Shown: positions 1 to 14,179, counted from the first letter of the stretch. The stretch: 64,000 bases of DNA from Chrysomallon squamiferum (GCA_012295275.1 CM022674.1:8308001-8372000), one strand, 5' to 3'. Notes: generated from the sequence alone by a model not told the origin. Translations and numbers: made by a program.

Positions 1-58
1 CATTTTCATTAATAATACTGATATGATTCGAAACAGTTAAAACATATTATGTATTAAT

Positions 59-165
<107 letters not shown>

Positions 166-421
166 ACGTTAGATATGGAGACAGACATACAAACAAATGC
201 AGGCACATACAGAAAGAGATAGAGAGCTATAGAGAAAAAGTGAGAGAAGAACATATTTGAAATTATTGAAAAACTAGTTCATTCTCATGGGTTTGCTTCA
301 ATATTACATGAACAAAAAGTAATAACAGAAATTACCCACATACATTGCGTTACATGACAAATGGGTATAAAGAATATCACTTCATAAGTATAACAGCTTT
401 ACAAAAAGGTATATTACACAT

Positions 422-593
422 TATAACTGTTGTAACGTGACATTGTCTAGTGAAGATTTTCAAGTATAACTGTTGTAACGTGACATTGTCTAGTGAAGAT
501 TTTCAAGTATAACTGTTGTAACGTGACATTGTCTAGTGAAGATTTTCAAGTATAACTGTTGTAACGTGATATTGTCTAGTGAAGATTTTCAAG
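422..593. repeat. 43-bp tandem repeat, 4 copies
   Basis: Unit tataactgttgtaacgtgacattgtctagtgaagattttcaag repeated 4 times; a diverged fifth copy resumes after the MITE at about 1112-1148. Confidence 0.95.
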
Positions 594-595
594 TA

Positions 596-1111
596 CAGTT
601 GTACCTTGACTTACGAGTTTAATTCATTCCCTGACCGAGCTCTTATATCAATATGCTCGTATATCAAATCAGTTTTCCTATCTGAAATTAATAAATACCA
701 TTAATCAGTTCCAGCCCACCAAAACCACCACATTTTTTTCTAACGTGATTTGAAATAACAAAAATGTAATGATAAATGACAAATATTGTATAAAATATTG
801 TATAAAAAACAGTGCACTCACTTTCTTAGCATCCATGGTCAAAAAAGAAATTTGGCAAAATACTGCACAAAACGCGAGCACAACACAACAGAAATGCTTC
901 CGCGGCGAGTTAACCACGTGAAATAAACGAGTGACACACGGGATGCTGGCAGGATGTTATGTTGTTCGTTGCGCCAACTAGCGGCGGCGTATCTGAAGCT
1001 CGTTCGTAACTCGGAATTAGGTTCACAACTCAAAGCAAAAACTCAACCGGGCGGCTGCTCGTAACTAGAAAAACTCGTAAGTTGAGGCACTCGTAAGTCG
1101 AGGTACTACTG
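596..1111. mobile_element. pogo/Tigger-type MITE (non-autonomous Tc1/mariner superfamily)
   Basis: 23-bp TIRs: cagttgtaccttgacttacgagt at left versus cagtagtacctcgacttacgagt (reverse complement of right end), 2 mismatches. TA TSD at 594-595 and 1112-1113. Subterminal ctcgtaa repeats; no transposase. Confidence 0.9.
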
Positions 1112-1147
1112 TATTGTAAAACGACATGGTCTAGTGAAGATTTTCGA

Positions 1148-1378
1148 GTATATTACACATTATATCTGTTGTAACATGACACACACTGTCAACTCTGGCT
1201 GCAAGTTGGAGTGCACTTTTTTCTGTATATTACACATTATATCTGTTGTAACATGACACACACTGTCAACTCTGGCTGCAAGTTGGAGTGCACTTTTTTC
1301 TGTATATTACACATTATATCTGTTGTAACATGACACACACTGTCAACTCTGGCTGCAAGTTGGGGTGCACTTTTTTCT
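1148..1378. repeat. 77-bp tandem repeat, 3 copies
   Basis: Units start at 1148, 1225 and 1302 and are near identical; their 5' part resembles the 43-bp unit and its upstream flank. Confidence 0.95.
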
Positions 1379-2385
1379 GGAACTCATAACATCATCTCAA
1401 ATTAATTTTCGTAATAAACGAACAAACATTAAATTGAAACGATAAAAAGAAAAAAAAAAAACAAGAAGATATTTCATGCGATGACTATGATTTTGTACGG
1501 ATGACATCTATTAGTTGCACGTATGGGTGTCTGTTATTAAATGAATGGCTAGCTATGGTCTGTTCGTTGTATGGTGACTGTTTTTATTAGTTGTATGGGT
1601 GATTATAATTTGTTAGTTGTGGGTGATTGCAGAGTATTAACTGTTATAGGGGGATTGTCATTTATTCGGGTGACTCTGTTTATCAATAATAGTTTAATAC
1701 ATTGTCTCGCTGTAACCTAGGTTCATACCAATATGATGCTGTACATTGGATATATAATTATAACAGACATAGATTTAAAAGCTGCGAAAGCATTTCCAAA
1801 TCTGAAGATTAGTGATAATCCAAGGAGAGTGACACGTTAAGAACTTACACTGTATTATAAAACTGTAATTTTTCACAAAACGATCACAAAGTAACAAGAT
1901 CTTCGGTATATGACGATCTAAAATGAGTATGATGACATCCACAAATTCAGAATATTTTTATTTATTTTATTTTTTATCTGCAAAAGCAGAAATCTGTTCA
2001 GTCAAGAGTTGTCTGCATAACAACAATTCTTTAGTTTGATTTATATCCCTGGCGACAAATACATGTGATAGCGAACTCGACTGTCCAAACGATTCACTAT
2101 TGATTATTGTCAATAAAGACGATTAACTAGATTTTACTACAGCTTTTTATTACGCTTAGCCACGTAATTGCTTCGTGATCTAAAATAAAGAAACAATAAA
2201 AAGTAAATAAGCAACAAAAATGCTGTGTACTTGTTAAATGTACAGTAAATTGGTTACTGAATGTCGAGTGTAATGCAGAATTTAAGTTTTAATTAGTTAG
2301 TCTTTAGGAAATTCATTTTGTTTGTCGTTTGTATTCATTATATCTGTGGAGTTTTTTATACTAAAATTTTTAAACAAAGTAAAAT

Positions 2386-2485
2386 GAATAGATGTTTATT
2401 TAATGAGGCACTCGACACATTTTTAAATCTTTGATGATAGAGCATATTGTTAAGGATGACAAAATTAACATGTAGAGGAAGTTGC
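2386..2485 (-). mobile_element. Degenerate SINE 3'-end fragment
   Basis: atgtttatttaatgaggcactcgacacatttt...gttaagga resembles the start of the element at 41872 (actcgacacatttt...tttaaggac) and the remembered tail of a common gastropod tRNA-derived SINE. Confidence 0.45.
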
Positions 2486-2759
2486 ATTCACTGAGAAACG
2501 CATACATTACAAAGCAGAAACCTTTTGGTCACACAGATTGGATCTCAGACGCCTACAAACAACAATGTAACGAAATGTTTTTATTAAAATCGACCAGTTC
2601 TCTGTTATGATTTCTTCAAGCGACCAGCAGTTTTAGGTTGTTTTGTTCTTTTTTTTTTAGCTGTAAACCTTTCAAACTTTTCATGTTCGTTTGTTTTGAC
2701 TGTGAATTAGACTGAATATGAAACCGAAAATTAATTAAAAAATCATTAAAATCTTTAAG

Positions 2760-4395
2760 TACAACTGTGTCTGAAACATCTATAATACTTGAAGTATAAC
2801 AGTATCTGAAATACAGTGCAGAATTAGGTTACAGCAGTGCTGAAGTGTAAGAGTATCTGAAATACAGTGCAGTATTAATAAAAAATCTGAAATCATTAAA
2901 AGTAGTGCTTTAACAGTATCTGAAATACAGTGCAGTATTAGTTTACAGCAGTGCTGAAAACATATCTAAATACAGTGCAGTATTAGGTTACAGCCGTGCT
3001 GAAGTATAACAGTATCTGAAATACAGTGCAGTATTAGGTTACAGTAGGTGAAGTGTAACAGTGCTGAAATACAGTGAAATATTAGGTTACAGCCGTATCT
3101 GAAATACAGTGCAGTATTAGGTTACAGTAGTGCAGAAGTGTAAGAGTATCTGAAATACAGTGCAGTATTAGGTTACAGTAGTGCTGAAGTGTAACAGTAT
3201 CTGAAATACAGTGCAGTATTAGGTTACAGTAGTGCTGAAGTGTAACTATCTGAAATACAGTGAATTATTAGGTTACAGCAGTGCTGAAATGTAACAGTAT
3301 CTGAAATACAGTGCAGTATTAGGTTACAGCAGTGCTGAAGTGTAAGAGTATCTGAAATACAGTGCAGTATTAGGTTACAGCAGTGCTGAAGTGTAACAGT
3401 AATTGAAATACAGTGCAGTATTAGGTTACAGTAGTGCAGAAGTGTAAGAGCATCTGAAATACAGTGCAGTATCAGGTTACAGCAGTGCTGAAGTGTAACA
3501 GTATCTGAAATACAGTGCAGTATTAGGTTACAGCAGTGCTGAAGTGTAATAGTATCTGAAATACAGTGCAGTATTAGGTTACAGTAGTGCTGAAGTGTAA
3601 GAGTATCTGAAATACAGTGAAGTATTAGTCTACAGCAGTGCTGAAGTGTAACAGTATCTGAAATACAGTGCAGTATTAGGTTACAGCAGTGCTGAAGTGT
3701 AACAGTATCTGAAATACAGTGCAGTATTAGGTTACAGTAGTGCTGAAGTGTAAGAGCATCTGAAATACAGTGCAGTATCAGGTTACAGCAGTGCTGAAGT
3801 GTAACAGTATCTGAAATACAGTGCAGTATTAGGTTACAGTAGTGCAGAAGTGTAATAGTATCTGAAATACAGTGCAGTATTAGGTTACAGTAGTGCTGAA
3901 GTGTAAGAGTATCTGAAATACAGTGAAGTATTAGGTTACAGCACTGCTGAAGTGTAACAGTTCTCCAAATTAGGTTAAGTAGTGCAGAAGTGTAATAGTA
4001 TCTGAAATACGGTGCAGTATCAGGTTACAGCAGTGCTGAAGTGTAACAGTATCTGAAATACAGTGCAGTATTAGTCTACAGCAGTGCTGAAGTATAACAG
4101 TTTCCAAAGAACAGTAATACCTGCCATACAACAGCATCTGTAGTACAGCAGTATTTGAGGTAAAGTATAATCGTATCTGAAGTAGAATAGTATCTGAAGT
4201 ATTACATTATCAAAAATAGAGTAGTGTTATTATTTACATTAGTGTCTATATAATATCTGTCTGTAACAAAATAATTTCAGAAGTACAATAGTTTCTGAAG
4301 TACAATTGTTTCAGAAGTACAATAGTTTCTATAGTTCAGTAGTTTCAGAAGTACAAAAGTTTCAGAAGTATAATAGTTTTTGAAGTATAACTGGT
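2760..4395. repeat. 51-bp minisatellite (3 x ~17-bp subunits) grading into 17-bp monomers
   Basis: Unit aacagtatctgaaatacagtgcagtattaggttacagcagtgctgaagtgt with period 51 (e.g. 3301 and 3352), to about 4105; the tail at 4270-4395 is tttcagaagtacaatag (17 bp). Confidence 0.93.
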
Positions 4396-5329
4396 TCAGT
4401 CCTGAATTTAGCGGTTTTTTTGTTATTTTCTTCTTGTTTTTTATGTTCTTATACAATTACAGTTAACTACTACTGCATGCTCGATTACTTTCTCTTTGTA
4501 TTCGTGAAATGTTACGTAATCAGCTTCAGTCTGTAGATTAAGATTTAGTTTTATCTTGATAGGTTTGCGAACAACAAAATATAATCAGAACCATCAACAA
4601 AAGAAAAAAAAACAAAGAAAACGGTCTAGAGATTACACGAAACTTCAAAAAAAAAGTTAATATCTTTGTTTAAAAATATATCTGATGGGTTCTTTCTTCT
4701 CGATGATAACTATTCTTCACTTGTCAAATTTATCAGTTATTCTTATCAACAAAACTAAAGAAAAAATAAATATTAGCTGTATATTTTCCACTGAATACCG
4801 ATTTCCCCCTTTGACCTTTGGGAGCAGCTAACATAGAAGTAGATCTAACTGTCTTAAAAATCAAATTTGCTGTATTTAATTACATCCGCAGAAAAAATAC
4901 ATAAACTGTTTAATTTTTACCATCGGTTACCGAATGTAAATAATCTGAATTTGAACCTGCTGATAGACAGTCGTAACAGAACACGGAGATTTTACACTTT
5001 ATCAACGCATCATTTTTTTTTTTTTTTTTTTTTTTTTCCATTCTACAAAATATATATATATATGTATATCAAAATTAAAGATTGTGTGGTATTATTTATC
5101 CAGAAACAAAACTCATTGTAAGTCAGAAAATATTGTGAAAGAACATGATGAATTGTCCTTGATATTGATTAAAATGTGGTCGTTCTTACTGGCAATAAAA
5201 CATTTGAGAAAGTATGTTGTTTACATCATTCAGTGCAATCCATCGTACACATGTAATACATCAAATATTTTTAGATAAAGGAAAACATAAGTTAAGTCTA
5301 AAATATGAAAAAATACAATACGTATACAA

Positions 5330-5393
5330 TACACACAAAACACACACACACACATACACACACACACATATATACACACACACACACTCACAC

Positions 5394-5428
<35 letters not shown>

Positions 5429-5442
5429 TACACACATATATA
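5330..5442. repeat. Compound (CA)n/(TA)n microsatellite
   Basis: Direct inspection. Confidence 0.95.
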
Positions 5443-6208
5443 AATAAATTAAACAGCCTGTAATACTAAGATTCTAGGCTTAAATCTTCTCTATGTTTTC
5501 CCATTTAGCAGGAAGCAGTTCTGTGGCAACAGTTAGTTTTGTGGGAAGATTCTAAATGGGTGATCTGTACAGAACTATTTGGGGGGGGTCAGTGAGGAGG
5601 CGAGAAGCTGAGGGATGAGCAGAGATTGACGTATAATTTTTAAAAGCTTCAGTAACTGCATCTGCAGCCCACATCAATATTATCTTCCATCCTCGTCATC
5701 CTCTCGTTTCACTTCTTTTTTCTCTTTGTTCTCCTCTCTTATATAATCTTATCTTCTTTTGTTTTGTTAGCTTTTTTTAGTTTGTTTTTGTTTTTTATTG
5801 TTCTGTCGGTTTTGGGGTTTCTTGGGGGCTTTTGTGGGGTTGTTTTTGAAGGGGGATTGTTTTTTTGTTTTCGTTTCGTTTTTTTTAGGGTCTTGGAAGG
5901 TTTTATAATATTTTATTTTATTTAATTTCATTACTAAAACTGTAGGTTAACTTTTTACGTCTTTTTGACTTTTATTCTTTCTTATCTACTTCTTTTCTTT
6001 TCTTGTTTTTCGCGAATACTTTGTTATATTTTATGTACTTTTCTATTTTAATATTATTTTGTTCGTATTTAAATTTGATCTTGTTATTCCAAAACTCTGA
6101 TAGATCTTATAATTATGATGCTATTTTAACATGGATAATTTGTCTTTTTTGAAGATTTTGTCTTTTTTAAAATTTATATTTAATTGTTTGTTGTTGTTTT
6201 TATATTTA

Positions 6209-6209
<1 letters not shown>

Positions 6210-6257
<48 letters not shown>
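6210..6257. repeat. (TTA)n microsatellite
   Basis: Direct inspection; explains the poly-Y and poly-L ORFs. Confidence 0.95.
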
Positions 6258-8754
6258 TTTTTTTTTTAGTGGTTTATTTTTTCTTCTTTTACTCTCTTTT
6301 TTTATTTATTTATTAATTTTTATGCAAACTTATAAAATTTGTGTCTTGCTAAATAGCATTTATAGCTAAGTGATATGACAGGATTCTTTCAATAGGTTAT
6401 GAAAAAAATTATGACAACGCGGAAACACTGTCTTTTAAAACAAGTCAGATATATTAATTGTTTCATGTCTAGAATTTAGGAGATACTATCATTTTGATGA
6501 ATAATTGAAATAAGAATTATGTGACAGCGAGAACAAAATATTCGTCTGCTCATAATGACGTATCTGGTTTTTTGTCATTTTTTAAAATTATTTTTATTTT
6601 ATTATATTTTATTATTTTTTGTTGTTGTTTTTATTTCGTTTCTCTCGGTTTTTTCTCTTTTCATTCTTTCCTTTGTATTTTCATCTTTCTTTTGTATCTT
6701 CTTTTTCATTCTATAGTGACATATTATTTAATTTGCATCCGCATCTTTTTGCAAAGTTAAACGTGTTTTTATGATAATACAATACTATTCGGGTTTAAGA
6801 AATAACTTATTTTAAAAAAGCCTGTATTAAAGTGTATTACAATCCGTTTCTGGTTTCTAGCTAAACAGACTGTTGTCTTTATGAAGAACGACTAACTTGA
6901 CAGTTACAACTTCTTGTTTCCATCTTGATCGATAACCGCGGAATCTAAGCAATTATATCGCATTGATAATATTACTCACTTAAATGTTTCATCAGATCCA
7001 CGCAAACGAAAACAATAAATCAGTGAACATATTGACCAGTGACCTATCAAGCCGCACATACGTACATTTACTTGTTCTTCTAACTCATACTGTGATCCCA
7101 CGCAGTAGGACACATTTCTTTCAGTCAGGATTGGTTTTATATTGAAAACGATTTGTTGCACTCGGCTGACACTCACGTGTTTATACAGAGACACTTTTCA
7201 CTTGTTTTGTCGAAGGCCAGTGAAGGGTGTGGCTGAAAGACAGAGGTGACAGGGAAAACTCGCCTGTCTAGAAAGCAGCGTAATAAACAGATCACCATGA
7301 TACGCTTTTTGTTTTGTTTCGGGTTTTTTGGCGAAAAGCGAAATGAACCTAGCGACTGACAAATGCCCGAAAGGCGAAGAGAAAGAATAAAGTTTAAAAA
7401 AAGAAAAGGTAACTGACATAAAAAACAAAAGAGAAAACAAACAAGAAAACAAAACAAAACAACCAAAAAAAAAAAAAGAAAAAAAGAAGCTACAGAAAAA
7501 TGTTAAAACGTTATAAAAAAAAATGACTGAAATAGATTTTAAACTATATTAAAAAAAAAAATGAGGACAACTTGTGACAAAATCAGTATTTGAAAAATAG
7601 TAATAATGTATATAAAACAAATGTAAAAAAATAAAAAAATAAATATATATAAAAAAAATAAGGAAGTAGGAAAACATTATATTTTTTATTGGGAGATGTT
7701 TACAGAAAATAATGTGTCTTCAAGCGTGCTTTCGACAACATTTCACTTTCGCTGTTAGTAATATAACTGATTTCACAATAGTAACAATTATTTATCTGTT
7801 TTTTCGTTTTCCGGGAAAATAATAATGTTTAATAATCTGTTTACCATGCACTCTCTTTCTTAATTTGAGGTAATACAACTAATTTTATGCCAGTAATAAT
7901 TATTAATCCGTATTACTTTAACGTGAAAGCAAGAATTAGAATTGTTATCAGGAAAATAATAAAAGTATTAGAATAAAAAATAGAAAAAAAACCAGATGTG
8001 GATCATTTTATTTTTTTTATTTTAGGTGGGGTTTTTTTTGGGGGGGGGTTGTTGTTGTTGTTCGGGGATGGGTTGTTTCATTTATTATTGCCTTTTTTAT
8101 ATAATTTTTTTATTATTAGTATTTTTTTTTTTTTGTGTGGTCTACTCTGTTTTATTTTATTTTGTTTTTAGTTGTTCTTTCTTGGAATGTAAAAAAAGAA
8201 AAAGTAAAGGAAGAATATAAAATAGAACGAAAGAAAGAAATGTCTAAAAATATATTTAGATTTGTTTGATTAACTTTAAAATATTTTTTTGGTGTGGTGA
8301 TAGATAAGAAAGAAAAAAACGAAAATGTTTTGTATTTTTATCTTCGAAGACTATACTGGAAACAGAAAAGTGTGTGGTTTGGACTCTCCAACATATTAAC
8401 ATTGGCCCATTGTGTACCCACCTTCGACCGTCTTGTTTATTCTGTACATTATTGGCGACTGCGTCAAACAACAAAAGAAAAGAAAGATGTTCGAAATCTC
8501 AGAACTGTTCTAGTTCTAAACTCGGTGAAAAAGACCCTATCATTACGTCTGGGTGATAAATAGGTTTGTTTCATGCACACAGAAAACACTTCACACTTTT
8601 CTTAATGTTACGTTTACACGATATGATTAATTAAACTGTGAAAAACATCTTTCTGCGGAAATAAAATCAACCTGGTCAATAATAACAAATAATATAGTCA
8701 TTAATACGTCATGACAGGTGCTGACAGTACGTTTATCACGTTAGACAGATGGTT

Positions 8755-9660
8755 AATTAAAGCTGTATACGTTTATCTCGTAAAGACCTATGCATTTATC
8801 GTTTAAATACGTATACATTTATCGATTAAAGATGTATACATTTATCGTTTAAATACGTATACATTTATCGATTAAAGATGTATACATTTATCGTTTAAAT
8901 ACGTATACATTTATCGATTAAAGCCGTATACGTTTATCGATTAAAGACGTATGTTTTTATCATTTAAATATGTATACGTTTATCGATTAATGCCGTATAC
9001 GTTTATCGATTAAATACGTACGCATTTATCGATTAAAGATGTATACATTTATCGTTTAAATACGTATACATTTATCGATTAAAGTTATATACATTTAGCG
9101 ATTAAAGACATATATGTTTATCGAATAAAGAGACGTATAATTTATGGATTATATAAAACAAATATCTTTCTTATTCAATCATGTTTATCGATTAAAGAAT
9201 GTATATGTTTATCGATTAAAGACGCATGCATTTATCGATTAAAGACATATAGTTTATCGATTAAAAACGTATAAGCTTATCTTAAAGATGTATACGTTTA
9301 TCGATTAAAGATGTATGCATTTATCGATTAAATACGCTTATCGTTTAAAGACGTATACGTTTATCGATTATATAAAACAAATATCGTTGTTACTCATTTT
9401 TATCGATTAATGAATGTATAAGTTTATCGATTAAAGAGGTATGCATTTATCGATTAAAGACGTTTTTATCGATTAAAGACGTATACGTTTATCGATTAAA
9501 GACGTATATGTTTATCGATTATATAAAACAAATATCGTTGTTACTCATTTTTATCGATTAATGAATGTATAAGTTTATCGATTAAAGAGGTATGCATTTA
9601 TCGATTAAAGACGTATACATTTATCGATTAAAGACGTATACGTTTATCGATTGTATAAAA
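8755..9660. repeat. 23-bp minisatellite built from two short palindromes, with recurring spacer blocks
   Basis: Consensus gtatacgtttatcgattaaagac, period 23 (8821, 8844, 8867); the insert atataaaacaaatat... recurs near 9150, 9370, 9521 and 9654. Confidence 0.92.
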
Positions 9661-9871
9661 CAAATATATTAGTCAATCATTTTTATTTGAAATATTTGCT
9701 TCTATTTTTACCAATAGAATAGAATTAAAGCCATAAAAGGCAAGGCACATATTTCTGATAAAATCCGATATTAAATTAAAATATATTTTATAAACTTTTC
9801 CATTAAATACGGCTGTGTCATGTGTATGTGGTGAATTGCAGACGTTTCGGCGATAGTTTTAATTTTCCTGC

Positions 9872-9882
9872 TGCGCATGCGC
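9872..9882. promoter_or_regulatory. NRF1-type motif TGCGCATGCGC
   Basis: Match to the NRF1/EWG consensus within a locally CpG-rich patch; function not shown. Confidence 0.3.
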
Positions 9883-12132
9883 CCTGTTTATTTTGACGGA
9901 TGACTGCTCTGGTTATCTCCACGTTTACGATTTACAGATGTCGTATTTCTTTCAGTTTCGTTAATTTTATTTATTACCAACTCTTAAGAATATCAAGACT
10001 GGCACGTTTTCAAGATTTGGTAAATTTCCATGTTGCAGCGATTATAATATATTAGCATTTTTAAAAATAATTTTTATGATTTAATGTCATTTGCTATAGC
10101 ATATGTAACTGCATAATGATATATCGAAAAGACATTGTTTTACTATTACGGAGAGAAATTCTCCATGGTATACCAAAACATATTTCTGAGAAAGCTGAAT
10201 AAGAAAGTCACTGAAAGGAAAATAATTTAAACGCTAAAAAACAATGGACATAATTGCTCGTTTGAAATGAATCGTTTCAGACTATGGAAACTAATGATCG
10301 AAAGGAATATCTTTATCTGAATTCTGTACAAAACTACGTCGAGGGATTTGTATGAATTAAAAGAAAATCTTTCTCTTCGTGGTGAAAGATCTTACAAGGG
10401 AAAACGGTCTCTCTAATATCGATACGTCACTATTGCCTTTCACCTGTAACATTGTCCTGGATCTGATTTAGTGATCTTTGCCAATTATAGAACCGCCAGG
10501 CAATCTCTCGCCCAGACTTCGTTCAGTCTGATATTAGTTGCGACTAATACAAAAAATAGCAACAAAAGTAGAGATCGAACTGTTAACCGAAAGCAACTAA
10601 AGGCAATCTTAAGGAGGGGAAGAATGAAAGAAAAGAAACAAATAAACATATTAACAAGTAAACAAAGAAAAGTAATTTTATGCAAGCAAAAGAAACAAGC
10701 AAACAAATAAAAAAAAAAAAAAAACACATGGAAGAAAGAAGTAAGACAAAAACGAAAAAGGAAACAAAATATGTGAAAAGCAAGCAGAAATGAATGAACA
10801 AAGAAAAAAGAAGGAAATAAGAAATATAGAAACAAGTAGAAAAATAAAGGAAAATAGATCAGAATATTAGTATTGTTCCAGCTATCGAATAGTCTGGATT
10901 AAAAAGCTAAAGTGATATTTGAAATGTTGCCACTAACATTAAATAAATGGGAAGATGTCTGTGTAATTCGTTTTAGATTCCTTGCCGCTTATCAGTGTCT
11001 TTGAGAACAAAATCAACTTTTATAATGGATTTGGAAGCAGGACTGACGTTATTATCTTCATCTTTTTATTTAATGTTGGTTGTACTGTCTTGTAATTAAT
11101 AGAAGGGGCTTACACTAGAAAATAAAATGAAAAGATATAAAGATATACTGAAAATGTTACAGAAAATTATCTACGAAAATGTGGATGTAAATATATATAC
11201 ATGTGTGTAAATGTATATGTGCAAATGAATATGCAATATACAGGTAATAGATATATAAATACTTCTATACTAGATGATAGATATATAGACAGATAAACAG
11301 AGAGAGTAGATATATAGATAGACAGATAGGTGGATAGACAGGTTGGGACAGAGAGACAGTAAGTAGGTAAACGGATATAAACACATAGACAGGCAGACGG
11401 ACAACAACGGATTAGGTAGATAAAGAGAGAGCTAAAACGACAGGCAGCGACACAGCAAACAGAGAGCGAAAGACGATTACTTCCCTTCAAATCCTCGCCT
11501 TCTCCCTGTGCGGGACGACTGGTTGTATTGATAAGCTGGGATGTATGCCGCCAGTAATCCTACTGATCGATGGAGATTGTATTATGTGAAATCTGTAGGG
11601 CGCCCAGAAACCTGTGTTAACTCAACCTGAACCTCTTAACTGAACCTCCTGTCCATTAGTGCACGTGTTACTCAGTCTTCTTCTTTTTTCTTATAAATAC
11701 AACAACCAACTCGTTATTGTATAGTCTCGTTTAATTAATTTTATTCTACGAATAAAACATCAGTGTAGAGAGAAAAAAGAGATCTGGATTATATACAGCC
11801 ATAAACTGACTGATCAGTTCCTGGAAGACAGATACATAGACACGCTGATACACACATCTACATTATTATAGGCAAAGGTAGATTTAGTATATAAACAGTT
11901 AGATAGACAAACAGATAGGAAAACTATAGATATAATTATAGTTACAACGTAACGTGGATAGTTAAAAAGGAAGACAGACTGACAGATAGAAGTAGCTAGC
12001 TTGATAGGTGTGTAAGTATAGGTATACGTATGCAGATATATAGATAGCTATATAGATAGATAAATAGATATACAGATAGACAGATAGGTAGATATATAGA
12101 TAGATTAAACAGATAGATTGATAGAGCTAGCT

Positions 12133-12134
12133 AT

Positions 12135-12222
<88 letters not shown>
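12133..12222. repeat. (GATA)n microsatellite
   Basis: Direct inspection. Confidence 0.97.
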
Positions 12223-12896
12223 GGAGAGAGATAGGTATGTCTTTGTATTTAAATTCATTCAATGAAATGTAGACGTAACTTTTTGTCAAATGCATTGGTT
12301 TAATATTAAAAGTTTATTATGTTAGAAATGCATTTTAACTAGTCAAAGCTTTCAACAGTGAACGCTGTAGTACAAGGTAGAATACGGCTGGTTAAAGGGT
12401 TTTATTTATAATATATATTTTAATCAGTTTCATCCTATTCTCTTGTAGCGGTATACCGCAGCGAATTTTAATCAAATTATAAGGAAAAACAATCTCAACA
12501 AACAGTTTATTTATTTATTAAATATTCTTGTATCTGATAAACAAGAAAACAGATGGCAGTAAAGAAGGAAGGAACATACACTCCCATTAGAAATGAAGAA
12601 CGATATTGAATTCTTGGCAGGCACGTAATAAGGCAATAATACAAAACTGAAGATAAAAATCAGAGTACTGCACTAACTCTAATAACTTCCAGCAGTCGCT
12701 GGTTCTTACAGTTACACATTTTATACGATAAACAAAAAGACAAGTAATATTACAAACTGTGCAAAGTACTACACCTCTACGGATGTATTATAGAACGTGA
12801 GAAATAGGGAGTAAATCTGTCTCTAATACTGTACGTCTGTTTCGATTAACATTTTACGTAATACTGTAAGACTATTTCTGTTTGTATGTAATGCTG

Positions 12897-13915
12897 TACA
12901 TACGTCTCGAATGTGAAACAGTACGAACGTTCCGAATGTCTGTACGTGAAACAGTATGTACGCCTCGAATGTGTGTCCGTGAAACAGTATGTACGCCTCG
13001 AATGTGTGTGCGTGAAACAGTATGTACGCCTCGAATGTGTGTGCGTGAAACAGTATGTACGCCTCGAATGTGTGTACGTGAAACAGTACGTACGCCTCGA
13101 ATGTGTGTACGTGAAACAGTACGTACGCCTCGAATGTGTGTACGTGAAACAGTACGTAAATCTCGAATATTTGTATGTAACACAGTACCTACGTCTCGAA
13201 TGTTTGTACGTAATACAGAACGTCAGTCTCGAATGTCTGTACGTAATACAGAACGTCAGTCTCGAATGTGTGTACGTGAAACAGTACGTAAATCTCGAAT
13301 ATTTGTATGTAACACAGTACCTACGTCTCGAATGTTTGTACGTAATACAGAACGTCAGTCTCGAATGTGTGTACGTGAAACAGTACGTAAATCTCGAATA
13401 TTTGTATGTAACACAGTACCTACGTCTCGAATGTTTGTACGTAATACAGAACGTCAGTCTCGAATGTCTGTACGTAATACAGAACGTCAGTCTCGAATGT
13501 GTGTACGTGAAACAGTACGTAAATCTCGAATATTTGTATGTAACACAGTACCTACGTCTCGAATGTTTGTACGTAATACAGAACGTCAGTCTCGAATGTC
13601 TGTACGTAATACAGAACGTCAGTCTCGAATGTGTGTACGTGAAACAGTACGTAAATCTCGAATATTTGTATGTAACACAGTACCTACGTCTCGAATGTTT
13701 GTACGTAATACAGAACGTCAGTCTCGAATGTCTGTACGTAATACAGAACGTCAGTCTCGAATGTGTGTACGTGAAACAGTACGTAAATCTCGAATATTTG
13801 TATGTAACACAGTACCTACGTCTCGAATGTTTGTACATAATACAGAACGTATGTCACGAATGGCTGTACGTAATACAGAATGTATTTCTCGAATATTTGT
13901 ATTTAATACAGCATC
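12897..13915. repeat. 33-bp minisatellite with 132-bp (4-mer) higher-order repeat
   Basis: About 31 units beginning ctcgaat; order is a monomer run, then ABCD ABC ABCD ABCD ABCD AB. Gives 11-aa periodic ORFs on both strands. Confidence 0.95.
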
Positions 13916-14146
13916 TTGATTACGTAAAATTTATAGGTAAGAAAAAGATGAAGAAGATAATGAAAAAGATGAAGAAAATGAAAAAAAAAGAAAGTAAAAT
14001 AAAAATAATCCACGAAAATTCGTCATTTAAATGTTTGTAATAAGTAAACTTATATGTTTTTTCTAATGAAGTCACGTAAGCAAGTAAAATACACACATAA
14101 TCTATCTCTGTTCCTGTCTATATCTGGAGGGTATAGTACAGTATAG

Positions 14147-14179
<33 letters not shown>

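Noticed and set aside
8183-8195. miR-1-like tggaatgtaaa
   Set aside because: Only the 5' 11 nt match, and there is no complementary hairpin arm.
8755-9660. Palindromic repeats with spacers as a CRISPR-like array
   Set aside because: The inserts are copies of each other, not unique spacers; this is a higher-order minisatellite.
12846-14040. Long ORFs (330-375 aa) as annotated CDS
   Set aside because: Fully explained by a stop-free 33-bp unit open on both strands; kept only as a speculative finding.
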